A stretch of DNA of 64,000 nucleotides from an uncultured Pseudomonadota bacterium (GCA_947303585.1 CAMYYT010000001.1:18008-82007); one strand, 5' to 3'; shown: positions 19,841 to 30,396, numbered from the stretch's first letter. A program made the numbers and translations. The notes: generated from the letters alone by a model not told the origin.

Positions 19841-19914
19841 TGGAGGCCAGGGTCGGAATCGAACCGGCATCCAAGGATTTGCAGTCCTCTGCATAACCAC
19901 TCTGCCACCTGGCC
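19841..19914 (-). tRNA. tRNA-Cys (anticodon GCA)
   Basis: The reverse complement GGCCAGGTGGCAGAGTGGTTATGCAGAGGACTGCAAATCCTTGGATGCCGGTTCGATTCCGACCCTGGCCTCCA has anticodon loop CTGCAAA. Confidence 0.9.
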
Positions 19915-20035
19915 TTCACGTATGCGTATCTTAGGCAAAAAAAAATCATATTTCAACATAAAAATGAAGGGGTCAGAAAAAGAATTTGTTCCCCTGTTTT
20001 TAAGGGCTAAAAAAGGGTATCTTTTATATAGAAAT

Positions 20036-21349
20036 ATGAAGAAGGGAATCTTGATTTTTGCTGTTTTTCCCTGTGTCGCATTGGCAGATAGTGATTGCGC
20101 AACTATGCGTCATGTTCCAAGTCATGAAATGACATTGGTTGAAATAATAGATATTGCCCTTTGTCGAAATCCGCATACAGCTGCTGCTTACGCATCTTTG
20201 CAATCTGCGCGATATACAAAAAATGCGGCACATTCGTATTATTTGCCAACAGTATCGGGCAGCGCGCACGCAAACCGCGACCATACTGTACACGATGATT
20301 GGGATTATACGGTGTCTCTGTCTGCTTCGTATTTGATATTTGATTTTGGTAAACGAGAATCAGATTTTGCACAAACTTTGGCAACTTATCGCGCGGCAGG
20401 CTTTGATTATGATGAAACAATACAAAATTATGTTTATTCGGTTATCGGGGCTTATTATGCATTACTTAATATGGATGCAGATGTAAAATCTGCTGGGGCT
20501 TCATTGAAAGTTGCTCAAACAGCGAAAGAAACAGCGGACAAAAAATACAAAGCAGGTGCGGTAGCAAAGGCAGATGTATATAAAGCAGATACCACCTTGG
20601 CTTCATCTCAACTTGAATTGGAACGCGCAAAAAATAATCGTGAAATCGCCAAAGGAACATTGTTAAACACGTTGTCTTTCCCAGCAAACGAAGATATTCA
20701 TATCAAAGATATGCCGATTAGTTTTGGCAGTGATACGGAAAGCGAAAGCATAGATGAATTAATAAACATAGCACGCAAACAAAGACCTGATTTATTAAAA
20801 GCGCATTCTCAAACAAACGCAGCTTGGCATCGGCGCAACAGTGCTTTTTTGAAAAATTTACCGTCTATTTCTGTGACTGGTGGTGTGGATGTGACTGATA
20901 AAACATTTGGCGGTATGTTTGAAAATATGTCTGCCAAAATCAAAGGTAATTTTGGTGTGTCTGTATCAATGCCAATATTCACAGGTTTTTTAAATTATTA
21001 CAATACACGTGCAGCAAATTCTGATTATGAAAGTATGAAATACAGTGAACAAAATATAAACAATGCCGCAACTATGGACGTTTTTACTGCGTACCAAAAT
21101 TATAAAACGGCGCGAACAGTATTAAAACAAACAGAAACACTTCTTAAATCGGCCACAGAAAATGAACATGTGACTTCGGGAATGTATCGTGTTGGGCGTT
21201 CAACAATGTTAGATTGGCAAACAGCCCAATCAGAATTGGCTGATGCGCGTAAACAAAATAATTCTGCAAAATATGATTTGTTTATTAAACGCGCAGCAGT
21301 TGCGCTGGCTATTGGTGATATAAAAAAGGGATTAAAGGACGATAAATAA
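20036..21349 (+). CDS. TolC-family outer membrane efflux protein
   Basis: Signal peptide MKKGILIFAVFPCVALA from the ATG at 20036. Two OEP-type repeats. First gene of a four-gene efflux operon. Confidence 0.8.
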   Translation: MKKGILIFAVFPCVALADSDCATMRHVPSHEMTLVEIIDIALCRNPHTAAAYASLQSARYTKNAAHSYYLPTVSGSAHANRDHTVHDDWDYTVSLSASYLIFDFGKRESDFAQTLATYRAAGFDYDETIQNYVYSVIGAYYALLNMDADVKSAGASLKVAQTAKETADKKYKAGAVAKADVYKADTTLASSQLELERAKNNREIAKGTLLNTLSFPANEDIHIKDMPISFGSDTESESIDELINIARKQRPDLLKAHSQTNAAWHRRNSAFLKNLPSISVTGGVDVTDKTFGGMFENMSAKIKGNFGVSVSMPIFTGFLNYYNTRAANSDYESMKYSEQNINNAATMDVFTAYQNYKTARTVLKQTETLLKSATENEHVTSGMYRVGRSTMLDWQTAQSELADARKQNNSAKYDLFIKRAAVALAIGDIKKGLKDDK

Positions 21350-22533
21350 TGGAAGAAATAAAAAGGCCAAACTTTTTTATAAGGTTGTTTTCGTGGCTTT
21401 GGCGCAATAAATGGTGGGTGTCTGGTTCGATTATAATTGTTGTATTGATGTTGTGGTGGGCGGGTGTTTTTTCTTCGTCTAAAAAGCATAAATACATAAC
21501 TGCAGATATTACGCGTGGCGACATAGTTCAAACTGTGACAGCCAGTGGTGAAATACAACCTGTTAATACTATCAATGTGGGGTCCCAGGTTTCTGGTACC
21601 ATAGAAGATATTTTTGTTGATTATAATTCTGTTGTTAAGAAAGGTGATATTTTATTAAAAATTGAACCATCTGTTTTGCAATCCACGGTTGATGAATCGT
21701 TGGCATTGTTGGAATCAGCCAAGGCGGAATTAAAATACGCACAAAGTGAATTTGAAAGAAATCAAAGTTTATATAATGACGGATTTATTTCGCGTGCAGA
21801 AATGGAAAAATCACAAACGCTTTATGAACAAGCACAACAAGCGGTAAACAAAGCGCAATATGCTTTTGAGCGAGCTGAAACAAATCTTGGTTATGCGACT
21901 ATTACTTCGCCTGTGGACGGCACGGTAATTTCAAGAAAGGTAGACAAAGGTCAAACTGTGGCGGCGTCTTTTCAAACGCCAGACTTGTTTGAAATTGCTG
22001 AAGATTTATCGAAAATGCAAATTGAAACCGCTGTATCCGAAGCAGATATTGGTATGGTCAAAGAAGGATTGCCTGTAACTTTTACAGTAGACGCGTATCC
22101 GAATATGACTTTCAAAGGAAATGTCCAACAAATAAGGTTGTCCCCGACAAATGTTTCTAATGTGGTTGTTTATACTGTTGTGATTGATGTAGATAACAGC
22201 GATTTGAAATTAATGCCCGGAATGACTGCTTTTGTGACAGTTGTGGTTGCCGAAGCTAAAGATGCGCTAAAAACAAAAAATTCTGCACTTTTGATGCGCA
22301 GTTTTCAAAATGTTATCAAAGATAAAGTTTTGGATGAAAAGATAACACCAAAAACTCATCTCGCTATTAAACGCGACAAAGACATAGTGTTTGTGCCGTA
22401 TACAAAGGGTTTAACGACGCCTACGGAAACGCAAATCATATCTGATGATATAAAGGAAACAGACAAAATCATTGTTGGAATTGAAGGACAAACAACCACT
22501 AATAAATCGTCTATGCCGGGACCAAGAATGTAA
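21349..22533 (+). CDS. HlyD/MacA-family periplasmic adaptor
   Basis: N-terminal TM, lipoyl/barrel-sandwich motifs (VGSQVSGTIEDIFVDYNSVVKKGDILLKIE; ITSPVDGTVISR), and a coiled-coil hairpin. Confidence 0.85.
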   Translation: MEEIKRPNFFIRLFSWLWRNKWWVSGSIIIVVLMLWWAGVFSSSKKHKYITADITRGDIVQTVTASGEIQPVNTINVGSQVSGTIEDIFVDYNSVVKKGDILLKIEPSVLQSTVDESLALLESAKAELKYAQSEFERNQSLYNDGFISRAEMEKSQTLYEQAQQAVNKAQYAFERAETNLGYATITSPVDGTVISRKVDKGQTVAASFQTPDLFEIAEDLSKMQIETAVSEADIGMVKEGLPVTFTVDAYPNMTFKGNVQQIRLSPTNVSNVVVYTVVIDVDNSDLKLMPGMTAFVTVVVAEAKDALKTKNSALLMRSFQNVIKDKVLDEKITPKTHLAIKRDKDIVFVPYTKGLTTPTETQIISDDIKETDKIIVGIEGQTTTNKSSMPGPRM

Positions 22534-22534
22534 A

Positions 22535-23284
22535 ATGAAAAAACAAACGCCGCCAATCATTTTCTTAAACAAAATAAATAAAGTTTTCCCGCTGGCTATC
22601 GGTGGTGTTCAACAGGTTTTATTTGATATAAATTTTACTATAAATGCAGGTGAATTCGTTGCGATTATGGGACCGAGTGGTTCTGGGAAATCAACATGTA
22701 TGAATATAATCGGGGCATTGGATGGCGCGACATCTGGCACATACGAATTATACGGCAAAGATATTTCAACTATGACACCTGATGATTTAGCAACTGTTCG
22801 AAACGAATATATCGGTTTTGTTTTTCAAAATTTTAATTTGCTTTCTAAACGCACAGTCTTGGACAATGTAATGTTGCCATTGATGTATCGTGGCATAGTT
22901 ATGCACGACAGAATATCGCGCGCACGCGAAATGTTAAAATTAGTGGGACTTGAAAATTTTGAAACTTATCTTTCCACGCAATTGTCGGGTGGTATGAAAC
23001 AACGAGTTGCAATCGCGCGTGCTTTAGCAGGAAATCCAAAATTAATTCTGGCAGATGAACCAACAGGTTCGCTGGATTCAAAAATGGGAAACGAAATATT
23101 AAAATTTTTTGAAAAATTAAACCATGATTTTGGGATTACTATTGTGATGATAACGCACGAATTTCAAATATCGCAATACGCACGGCGAATAATTCATATT
23201 TATGACGGGCGAATTACTTACGATGGACCTGTTCCTAAAAGTGAAACTGTATTATTAAAATCAGAAAAACGAGCTAAAAAATGA
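22535..23284 (+). CDS. ABC transporter ATP-binding protein (MacB/LolD-type, separate ATPase)
   Basis: GPSGSGKST, LSGGMKQRVAIARAL and LADEPTGSLD. The ATG at 22535 lies 1 nt after the adaptor stop. Confidence 0.9.
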   Translation: MKKQTPPIIFLNKINKVFPLAIGGVQQVLFDINFTINAGEFVAIMGPSGSGKSTCMNIIGALDGATSGTYELYGKDISTMTPDDLATVRNEYIGFVFQNFNLLSKRTVLDNVMLPLMYRGIVMHDRISRAREMLKLVGLENFETYLSTQLSGGMKQRVAIARALAGNPKLILADEPTGSLDSKMGNEILKFFEKLNHDFGITIVMITHEFQISQYARRIIHIYDGRITYDGPVPKSETVLLKSEKRAKK

Positions 23285-24498
23285 CCCTGGGAGACATATT
23301 AAAAGAATCTTGGATATCTGTAAGCGGAAACAAATTAAGGTCGTTTCTGACAGTTCTGGGTATTATTATTGGCGTTATGGCGGTGGTGATAATGGTGGCA
23401 GTTGGCGAAACAGTTCAAAAATCAATCACAGACCAATTTTCATCGCTTGGAACAAATACGATTGTCGTTCGTGCAGGTGCGGCGCGTAATCGTGGTGTTC
23501 GTATGGGCAGCAATCAAACCCTTACAATAACTGATACAGATCAAATTAAAAGATTGCCGGATGTTATGTATATAACTCCGGCTCAAATGGGAAACGCCCA
23601 GGTTATCTATGGTAATAAAAATTGGTCGACGATGGTGCTGGGGGTGTATCCTGATTATTTAGCAATTCAAGACATAGAAATGGAATGTGGAACATCATTT
23701 GATATGAACGCAGTAAAAAATGCTGCTGCGTACGCAATAATCGGTCCTGATACAGCGTATGAATTAGGATTACCGGATAATCCAGTTGGAGAATTTATAC
23801 GAATCCAGCATATACCTTTTGTTGTTGTCGGTGTAATGAAAGCGCGTGGTGATTCAGCCTTTGGTTCCCAAGATGATATGATAATAATTCCAATAACTAC
23901 ATTCAAAAAACGTCTGCAAGGTTCTAAATTTCCTGATGCTGTTACAATGATAGCGCTCAAAATTTTCCCAGACGCGAATAACAATGTAGTAATTGAGCAA
24001 ATAACATCGCTTTTGCGGCAAAGACATCGGTTAAAAGATAGCGACGAAGACGATTTTCAAATCACAGATATGAAACAAATAATGGAAACAATGGATACTG
24101 TGACAGGTTATCTTAAATTGCTACTTATCGCGATAGCGGCGGTTTCGTTATTAGTTGGTTCCATAGGAATTATGAATATGATGTTAACATCTGTCGCCGA
24201 ACGCACGCGTGAAATTGGTATTCGCAAAGCAATCGGCGCGCGCGAACGCGTAATCATAATTCAGTTTTTATCAGAATCAATAATGATATCTTTTATCGGT
24301 TCCATGATAGGTTTAGTGCTGGGGGTTGGTTTATCCCAAGGTGTCGGTCGATTGATATTGCATTACGATGTCCCGTTTTCAATTTGGCCGGTAATTTTAT
24401 CTGTGGGCGTTGCGGTTGTTGTGGGGTTAGCATCAGGTGTAATGCCCGCAATCAAAGCTGCTAAATTAAACCCGATTGATAGTTTAAGATATGAATAA
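23281..24498 (+). CDS. ABC transporter permease (MacB/FtsX-type)
   Basis: MacB_PCD-like periplasmic domain and a C-terminal FtsX domain (ERTREIGIRKAIGAR..NPIDSLRYE). ATGA overlap with the ATPase gene. Confidence 0.9.
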   Translation: MTLGDILKESWISVSGNKLRSFLTVLGIIIGVMAVVIMVAVGETVQKSITDQFSSLGTNTIVVRAGAARNRGVRMGSNQTLTITDTDQIKRLPDVMYITPAQMGNAQVIYGNKNWSTMVLGVYPDYLAIQDIEMECGTSFDMNAVKNAAAYAIIGPDTAYELGLPDNPVGEFIRIQHIPFVVVGVMKARGDSAFGSQDDMIIIPITTFKKRLQGSKFPDAVTMIALKIFPDANNNVVIEQITSLLRQRHRLKDSDEDDFQITDMKQIMETMDTVTGYLKLLLIAIAAVSLLVGSIGIMNMMLTSVAERTREIGIRKAIGARERVIIIQFLSESIMISFIGSMIGLVLGVGLSQGVGRLILHYDVPFSIWPVILSVGVAVVVGLASGVMPAIKAAKLNPIDSLRYE

Positions 24499-24526
24499 AA
24501 AAAGCCGGCATTTGCCGGCTTTTTTA
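24499..24526. terminator. Bidirectional terminator between the efflux operon and rpsO
   Basis: AAAAA-AGCCGGC-attt-GCCGGCT-TTTTT. Confidence 0.85.
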
Positions 24527-24528
24527 TC

Positions 24529-24801
24529 TTATTTACGCAGACCCAATTTTTTAATCAGTTCTTCGTATTCAGCAACACTATTCTTTTTGATGTAAGCCAA
24601 CAATTTCTTGCGGCGGTTAACCATCAACAACAATCCACGTTTAGAGTGTTCGTCTTTGTGGTTGTTTTTCATGTGTTCTGTTAAATTGCGAATGCGTTCT
24701 GTCAAAACAGCCACTTGGGATGCAGCAGAACCACCATTATCTTTTTCGCTGGTTTTGAATGCAGCGATTAATTCGCTTTTCTTTTGTTTTGTTACGGACA
24801 T
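24529..24801 (-). CDS. rpsO: 30S ribosomal protein S15
   Basis: GSAASQVAVLTERIRNLTEHMKNNHKDEHSKRGLLLMVNRRKKLL. Confidence 0.95.
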   Translation of the reverse strand: MSVTKQKKSELIAAFKTSEKDNGGSAASQVAVLTERIRNLTEHMKNNHKDEHSKRGLLLMVNRRKKLLAYIKKNSVAEYEELIKKLGLRK

Positions 24802-24818
24802 TGTTTTTTCCTTTGTTT

Positions 24819-25688
24819 TTATAGTGTTCGTTTTGGATGAATTAAACCGTTTTCTATGCGCCCCATCCCAATAAATTCTTTATCGTGATAAATCCGCACA
24901 AAACCGCCCTTTTCATCAGTTTTGATAAATCCACCGTTTTTGTATAATTCGGCATCTTTATCATTCAGATTGATTACCGGAATGTCCCCCAGTGCACAAT
25001 CAGGTGCCAACAAATATTTGTCTGGCGCTTTGCCATTATTAACCAGATTTTCCAAAAAATCAAGTTTTACGGCGTTTTTTATTTCAAAACTATTGGTTAG
25101 TGTGCGTCTTATATATGTTGTTGTTGCAATTGCACCACATAAATTTGCAATATCGCGAACGAGCGAGCGCACATAAGTCCCCCGTGAACAAAGAACACGA
25201 AAATTATATTCATCGCCCTTTTCCCCAAGGTATTTTAATTCATAAATATTAATTGGGCGCGGTTTCATTTCAATATCTTTACCCTTGCGTGCTAATTCGT
25301 ATGCGCGCGCGCCATTCACATGTATCGCAGAAAATTTCGGTGGAATTTGTTTGACTGTTTTGCTTATTCTTTTACAAGCGTCCACAATTTCATTTTCGTT
25401 TGGAATTTTGTCATCGGTTTTTATTGTGTTCCCAGTAATATCAAGCGTATCTGTTTCAATCCCAAAGCGTAGACCGAATAAATATTCTTTTTTATTTTCA
25501 TTATGCTCTTCAATAAATGGTATCATTTTTGTGGCACGCCCTAACGCGATTAACAACACACCAGTTGCCATTGGATCCAAAGTTCCAATATGACCAAATT
25601 TTTTTTCACCAAATATACGCGCAACACGCACCCCAGCTTTTCTGCTGTATACACTAGATTCTTTGTCTAAAACAATTATACCATCCAT
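24819..25688 (-). CDS. truB: tRNA pseudouridine-55 synthase
   Basis: GHIGTLDPMATGVLLIALG motif. Upstream of rpsO, as in the canonical operon. Confidence 0.9.
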   Translation of the reverse strand: MDGIIVLDKESSVYSRKAGVRVARIFGEKKFGHIGTLDPMATGVLLIALGRATKMIPFIEEHNENKKEYLFGLRFGIETDTLDITGNTIKTDDKIPNENEIVDACKRISKTVKQIPPKFSAIHVNGARAYELARKGKDIEMKPRPINIYELKYLGEKGDEYNFRVLCSRGTYVRSLVRDIANLCGAIATTTYIRRTLTNSFEIKNAVKLDFLENLVNNGKAPDKYLLAPDCALGDIPVINLNDKDAELYKNGGFIKTDEKGGFVRIYHDKEFIGMGRIENGLIHPKRTL

Positions 25689-25691
25689 CTT

Positions 25692-28217
25692 TTATCCAAA
25701 TAATGATAATTGTGATTTATTGTTTTTTTCATCTTTAACTATTGGCTTTATCGAAGGCTTTTCAGGCTTTTGAACGGCTTCTATTTTTTCTTCGCGTCCA
25801 TTTTCCAAACTTAATAAAACATTTTCAGCGCGTTCTACTATGCTTGCTGGCATACCAGCCATTTTTGCCACCGCTATACCGTATGAACGATTAGCAACCC
25901 CCGCGATAATTTTGTGTAAAAATACTATATCATTATTATGTTCACGAACATCAATAGTTAAACAAGACACATTATTTAATTTGTTGTTCTCAACTAATTC
26001 AGTTAATTCATGATAATGCGTGGCAAACAAAGTTCGCGGTGCTAAATTATCAAGATGTTCTAATACTGCTTGGGCAATGGCCATACCATCAAAAGTAGAA
26101 GTTCCCCGCCCTATTTCATCAAATATAATGAAAGATTGTTTTGTTGCGCGATTTAATATGTTTGCAGTTTCAACCATTTCTACCATAAATGTAGATTGTC
26201 CTGCTGCTAGATTATCTGATGCTCCAACGCGACTGAATAATTGGTCGCAAATACCAATAGTTGCGCTGGTCGCAGGGACAAAGGACCCAAGATGAGAAAG
26301 AACAACTAATATTGCGTTTTGACGTAAATAAGTAGATTTTCCTGCCATATTTGGACCAGTCAAAAGTGCAACAGGGTGTTCATTCAAATTACAATCGTTT
26401 TTTACAAAATTATCACCGTTGTGGCGCAACACATATTCAATCACAGGATGACGTCCACCAACAATATTAAATTCATTTGTTTCTGTTATATTTGGACGAA
26501 CCCAAGAATATAAATCTGCGCATCGTGCCAAAGACAACCAAACATCAACATCTGCGACTAAATCTGCCGTATTCATTAAATCATTTGATATTTCACGAAT
26601 ATTTTCAATAAGCGTATTAATAATTTCATTTTCAATAGCAGTTGCTTTTTCAGAAGCGCTGCGAATATCATTATCTAAATCAATTAATCGAGCCGTTGTA
26701 AAACGCATATTCCCAGCCATTGTTTGACGATGTATAAATCCAGAATCTGGCGCCATTAGCGCATCAGCCTTGGTAGATGGAACTTCTATGAAATAACCGA
26801 GAATATTATTATATTTGATTTTCAAATTACTTACATTTGTTTGATTAATGTATTCTGCTTGTAATCCAGCAATGGTTTCAATTGCGCCGTTTGAAAGTTT
26901 TCTCATATTATCAAGCGATATATCAAAACCAGTACGAATTACATTGCCATCTCTGAAAAACGTAGGCAATTCATCGTTAAGCGCGCGTTGCAATTTGTCT
27001 GCTAATGCGTCATGAGTATTTATTTCTTTAAATTTTAAAGACAAATCATAATCTAACTTTTGACCAACATTTTTTATTGTGTCTAATATCAATAAAAATT
27101 CGGTCACATTACGCAAATCGCGTGGTGTTCCACGTCCTGCCAGTAAACGCGACAAAGCACGATTCACATCGGGAATACGCGTTAACACAGCGTCAATTTC
27201 TGCCATCAAAGAATGATTTGTTAACAAATGTCCAATATGTGTTTGACGCGATAAAATAACATCTTTATCCCCAGGTAATGTGCGTAAATAAGAACGTAAT
27301 TTGCGTGCGCCAGACGCTGTTTTTGTATTATCAATTACATCCAATAAACAAGTGCCACCATCGTTAATCGGTGCGTCTATTTCCAAACTTTTCCAAGTAG
27401 ATGAATCAATAATTAATTGACGCCCAGATTTAAAAGAATACGGCGCACGAAAAGATATATTTGCGCCACGCTGTGTATTAAATAAATATCCTGCCAACAG
27501 AGTTATCGCACTTACATTATCACGATTGTCTGATTGAACATTTCCGCCGAATACATGCGATACAATTACGTTTATGTCAGAACGTAAATACAATTTTTCA
27601 TATACCGGTGTAGTTTTATATATTTCGCGTAAATTTTTTATGATTTGTTTTTCTGCATCTTTTTCTGGATAAATAATTTCCGCAGGATTTATGCGTATCA
27701 TATCATCTGCAATACAATCTGATTGCCCGATAAAAAATTCACCCGTAGAAATATCACAACCTGCGATATCAAACACAGATTCACTAATTGGAACGATTGA
27801 AATTAAAAAATTAGATTTAGCTGGTGTTAATAAATTTTCATCAGTTAATGTTCCAGGTGTTAATACGCGAATAACTTTTCTTTCAATAAATTTGTGTCCG
27901 CGTTGTTTTGCTTGTTGCGGTGTTTCCATCTGTTCAACCAAAGCAACTTTGAATCCAGATTTCACCAATCTACCAAAATAATTATCTGCCGCATGCCACG
28001 GAATCCCACACATAGGAACATCTGCACCAAAACCATCTGTTCCGCGATGCGTTAAAACCAGCGACAATGCGGCACTTACTGTTTTTGCATCTTCAAAGAA
28101 AGCTTCGTAAAAATCACCAAGTCTAAAAAGCAACAACGCATCTGGATTTTCAGATTTCATATCAACATACTGTTGCATAACTGGCGAAAGTTTGTTTTTT
28201 TCTGCCATTTTATTCAC
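25692..28217 (-). CDS. mutS: DNA mismatch repair protein MutS
   Basis: SPVMQQY, GDFYEAFFEDA, Walker A GPNMAGKST, STFMVEM and DEIGRGTSTFDG. An alternative start lies at 28208. Confidence 0.95.
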   Translation of the reverse strand: MNKMAEKNKLSPVMQQYVDMKSENPDALLLFRLGDFYEAFFEDAKTVSAALSLVLTHRGTDGFGADVPMCGIPWHAADNYFGRLVKSGFKVALVEQMETPQQAKQRGHKFIERKVIRVLTPGTLTDENLLTPAKSNFLISIVPISESVFDIAGCDISTGEFFIGQSDCIADDMIRINPAEIIYPEKDAEKQIIKNLREIYKTTPVYEKLYLRSDINVIVSHVFGGNVQSDNRDNVSAITLLAGYLFNTQRGANISFRAPYSFKSGRQLIIDSSTWKSLEIDAPINDGGTCLLDVIDNTKTASGARKLRSYLRTLPGDKDVILSRQTHIGHLLTNHSLMAEIDAVLTRIPDVNRALSRLLAGRGTPRDLRNVTEFLLILDTIKNVGQKLDYDLSLKFKEINTHDALADKLQRALNDELPTFFRDGNVIRTGFDISLDNMRKLSNGAIETIAGLQAEYINQTNVSNLKIKYNNILGYFIEVPSTKADALMAPDSGFIHRQTMAGNMRFTTARLIDLDNDIRSASEKATAIENEIINTLIENIREISNDLMNTADLVADVDVWLSLARCADLYSWVRPNITETNEFNIVGGRHPVIEYVLRHNGDNFVKNDCNLNEHPVALLTGPNMAGKSTYLRQNAILVVLSHLGSFVPATSATIGICDQLFSRVGASDNLAAGQSTFMVEMVETANILNRATKQSFIIFDEIGRGTSTFDGMAIAQAVLEHLDNLAPRTLFATHYHELTELVENNKLNNVSCLTIDVREHNNDIVFLHKIIAGVANRSYGIAVAKMAGMPASIVERAENVLLSLENGREEKIEAVQKPEKPSIKPIVKDEKNNKSQLSLFG

Positions 28218-28413
28218 CAGAATTTGTGACTTTTAATGTTTCAATTTTTAATTCCGCTTCTTTTAATAATTGTTCGCAATAAGCTTTTAATTTTATACCT
28301 TCTTCGTATGCAGCCACAGAATCAGCCAAAGGCATTTCGCCACTTTCCATTTTTTTTACTAATTCAGTTAATTGTTTATATGCATCTTCAAATGAAAGTT
28401 TATTTGTATCCAT
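28210..28413 (-). CDS. xseB: Exodeoxyribonuclease VII small subunit
   Basis: 67 aa, with LSFEDAYKQLTELVKKMESGEMPLADSVAAYEEGIKL. Confidence 0.8.
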   Translation of the reverse strand: MDTNKLSFEDAYKQLTELVKKMESGEMPLADSVAAYEEGIKLKAYCEQLLKEAELKIETLKVTNSGE

Positions 28414-28485
28414 CGTTATAATATCCTTTTACTTCAATGTGGCAAAGATAGCGCAAAAAATCAAATTTTGCAACAAATAAACATA

Positions 28486-28509
28486 TTAAAAAACCGCCCA
28501 AACGGGCGG
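28486..28509 (-). terminator. Rho-independent terminator after infC
   Basis: On the minus strand, CCGCCC-gttt-GGGCGG is followed by TTTTTTAA. Confidence 0.8.
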
Positions 28510-28513
28510 AAAT

Positions 28514-29062
28514 TTATTTTGCAGGCGCAATTATAATTGATTTAGTTCTGTCGTCCGGTTTAGATCTAGATTCAACAGTTCCTTTGTCACCAATCAATGC
28601 GATAATGCGTTCAAATAATTGTGGAACAGCATCACGACTGCGCGCCAATACCCTTTTATCACCATGAGTCATCACAGCAATTTTAACTTTGTTACCTTCG
28701 CCCAAAAATTCAAAAACTTTTTTCATCTTTACATTGAAATCATTTTCTTCGATAACAGGGGTAACCCAAACTTCGCGTAATTCAATTGTTTTTTGTTTTT
28801 TGCGTGCCTCATTAGCGCGTTTCTTTTGTTCATATTTATATTTGCCATAATCCATCATTTTGACCAACACAGGCGTTGCATTTGCATTTATTTCAACCAA
28901 ATCAAGCCCTTTGTCATAAGCCATATTTAATGCGTCACTGGTATTCATAACACCCAGATTTTGACCGTCTCCACTTATTACTTGCACAGTCTTGGCAAAT
29001 ATTTTGTCGTTTATACGCGGCCCCATATCGCGAGCCTTGTTATTGTTCGAATTATTTTTAAT
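28514..29062 (-). CDS. infC: Translation initiation factor IF-3 (predicted ATT start)
   Basis: RINDKIFAKTVQVISGDGQNLGVM.. is typical IF3. The frame stays open upstream of the first ATG (29026). GGAG lies 7 nt upstream of an in-frame ATT at 29062-29060, giving IKNNSNNNKARDMGPRIN. Confidence 0.85.
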   Translation of the reverse strand: MKNNSNNNKARDMGPRINDKIFAKTVQVISGDGQNLGVMNTSDALNMAYDKGLDLVEINANATPVLVKMMDYGKYKYEQKKRANEARKKQKTIELREVWVTPVIEENDFNVKMKKVFEFLGEGNKVKIAVMTHGDKRVLARSRDAVPQLFERIIALIGDKGTVESRSKPDDRTKSIIIAPAK

Positions 29063-29106
29063 CGTAATGCTCCTTTAATAACTTACAGGCGAATTATTAA
29101 ATATTT

Positions 29107-29853
29107 TTAAGAGTTTTTCAACAATTTTTGAATGTTTTGCAAAGCGACCCAAACATCTTTTTTGGCGCTTGGCTTCAATATTAAATAATTTGGATGATAA
29201 AGAGGTATAATAATGTGGCCTTTTTCGTCTTTGATTTCATTTCCATGAGAATCATTCAAATTGGTTTTTGCGATTTCTGTAGTTGCCAAAGTCCCGAAAG
29301 TAATAATCACACGAGGATTAAGCATTTCTATCAATTTATCAACAAAAGGACGCGATAAATCTAATTCTTCGCGCAAAGGGGTTCGTCCCCCGGGGGTTCG
29401 CCAGAATAATAACGGAACAATTGAAACATTTTCACGCGACATTCCTATGGCAGTTAACATTTTGTCTGTCATTTCCCCAGCGTTTCCAGACAAGATATTT
29501 CCAGATAAATCATCATCTGCACTTGGTAAATCAGTTATAATCAATAAACCATTTGGTTTTGACGCAATATTTGGTTTAACTGGATTAGTCGCCCCGCCCC
29601 GCAAAGGATGATTAAATTCGCAAATCATACGAACCAACGAATCGGTATCGCTTGGTCTTGTCACCATAGATTTTACTGTATCTAATGTTATTGGTGCAGC
29701 TGCTGGGATAATAACAGCCTTGTCAGAGCATGGTTGATTGACTTGAAAGTTTTGCTGCACAGGCGCCTTTTTCACAGCGGATTTCAGGGGTTTTTCACTA
29801 AGTTCCCATTTAACGCCAGCCAAACTTAAATCTTGTAAAGTATAACTTCCCAT
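29107..29853 (-). CDS. Uracil-DNA glycosylase family 4-like protein with N-terminal extension
   Basis: C-terminal region GLLIITDLPSADDD..GNAGEMTDKMLTAIG..PWRTPGGRTP..ITFG resembles the family-4 UDG motifs. Confidence 0.65.
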   Translation of the reverse strand: MGSYTLQDLSLAGVKWELSEKPLKSAVKKAPVQQNFQVNQPCSDKAVIIPAAAPITLDTVKSMVTRPSDTDSLVRMICEFNHPLRGGATNPVKPNIASKPNGLLIITDLPSADDDLSGNILSGNAGEMTDKMLTAIGMSRENVSIVPLLFWRTPGGRTPLREELDLSRPFVDKLIEMLNPRVIITFGTLATTEIAKTNLNDSHGNEIKDEKGHIIIPLYHPNYLILKPSAKKDVWVALQNIQKLLKNS

Positions 29854-29928
29854 GTTTTATTCCTTGATTTTTAATAATTCCTATTATACAATATAACCTG
29901 AGCAACAAAAACTCAAGGGAGTATTTTC

Positions 29929-30345
29929 ATGAAAATAGTAAACTTTGCTTTAATAGCTGGTGTTGCTGGAATGTTGGCCGCTTGTGGCGGTTCCAGTATC
30001 GTTGAACCAACAGATTTGAACAATCAACGCGTTTTCTTTGCTTTTAATTCAGCAGAAATTTCTGATGAAGCAGAAAACAACTTGTTGGGACAATCTTTGT
30101 ATATGAAAAATCACGAAGACACAAAAATCCAAATTGCTGGTAATTGCGACGAACGTGGTTCCACAGAATACAACTTGGCTTTGGGTGCACGTCGTGCAAA
30201 CGCTGCCAAACGCGTATTGGTTAACGATGGTATAGATGCATCTCGTATCTCTACAATCTCTTACGGTAAAGAACGTCCATTGGTCAAAGGTACTGGTGAA
30301 GACGTTTGGAAATTCAACCGTAACGCAACAACAACAGTTAAATAA
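29929..30345 (+). CDS. pal: Peptidoglycan-associated lipoprotein (OmpA family)
   Basis: Lipobox MLAAC. OmpA-like domain: GNCDERGSTEYNLALGARRANA..YGKERP. Confidence 0.85.
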   Translation: MKIVNFALIAGVAGMLAACGGSSIVEPTDLNNQRVFFAFNSAEISDEAENNLLGQSLYMKNHEDTKIQIAGNCDERGSTEYNLALGARRANAAKRVLVNDGIDASRISTISYGKERPLVKGTGEDVWKFNRNATTTVK

Positions 30346-30360
30346 TATAACTTTGTTATT

Positions 30361-30392
30361 AAAAAAACACCGGCGATTGCCGGTGTTTTTTT
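30361..30392. terminator. Bidirectional terminator between pal and parB
   Basis: A7-CACCGGC-gatt-GCCGGTG-T7. Confidence 0.85.
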
Positions 30393-30396
30393 GATT

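Noticed and set aside
19831-19959. N-terminal extension of recF to 410 aa (ORF-track start at 19959).
   Set aside because: The extension runs straight through tRNA-Cys (19841-19914). The RecF-typical N-terminus MINQITLTNFRNH starts at 19830.
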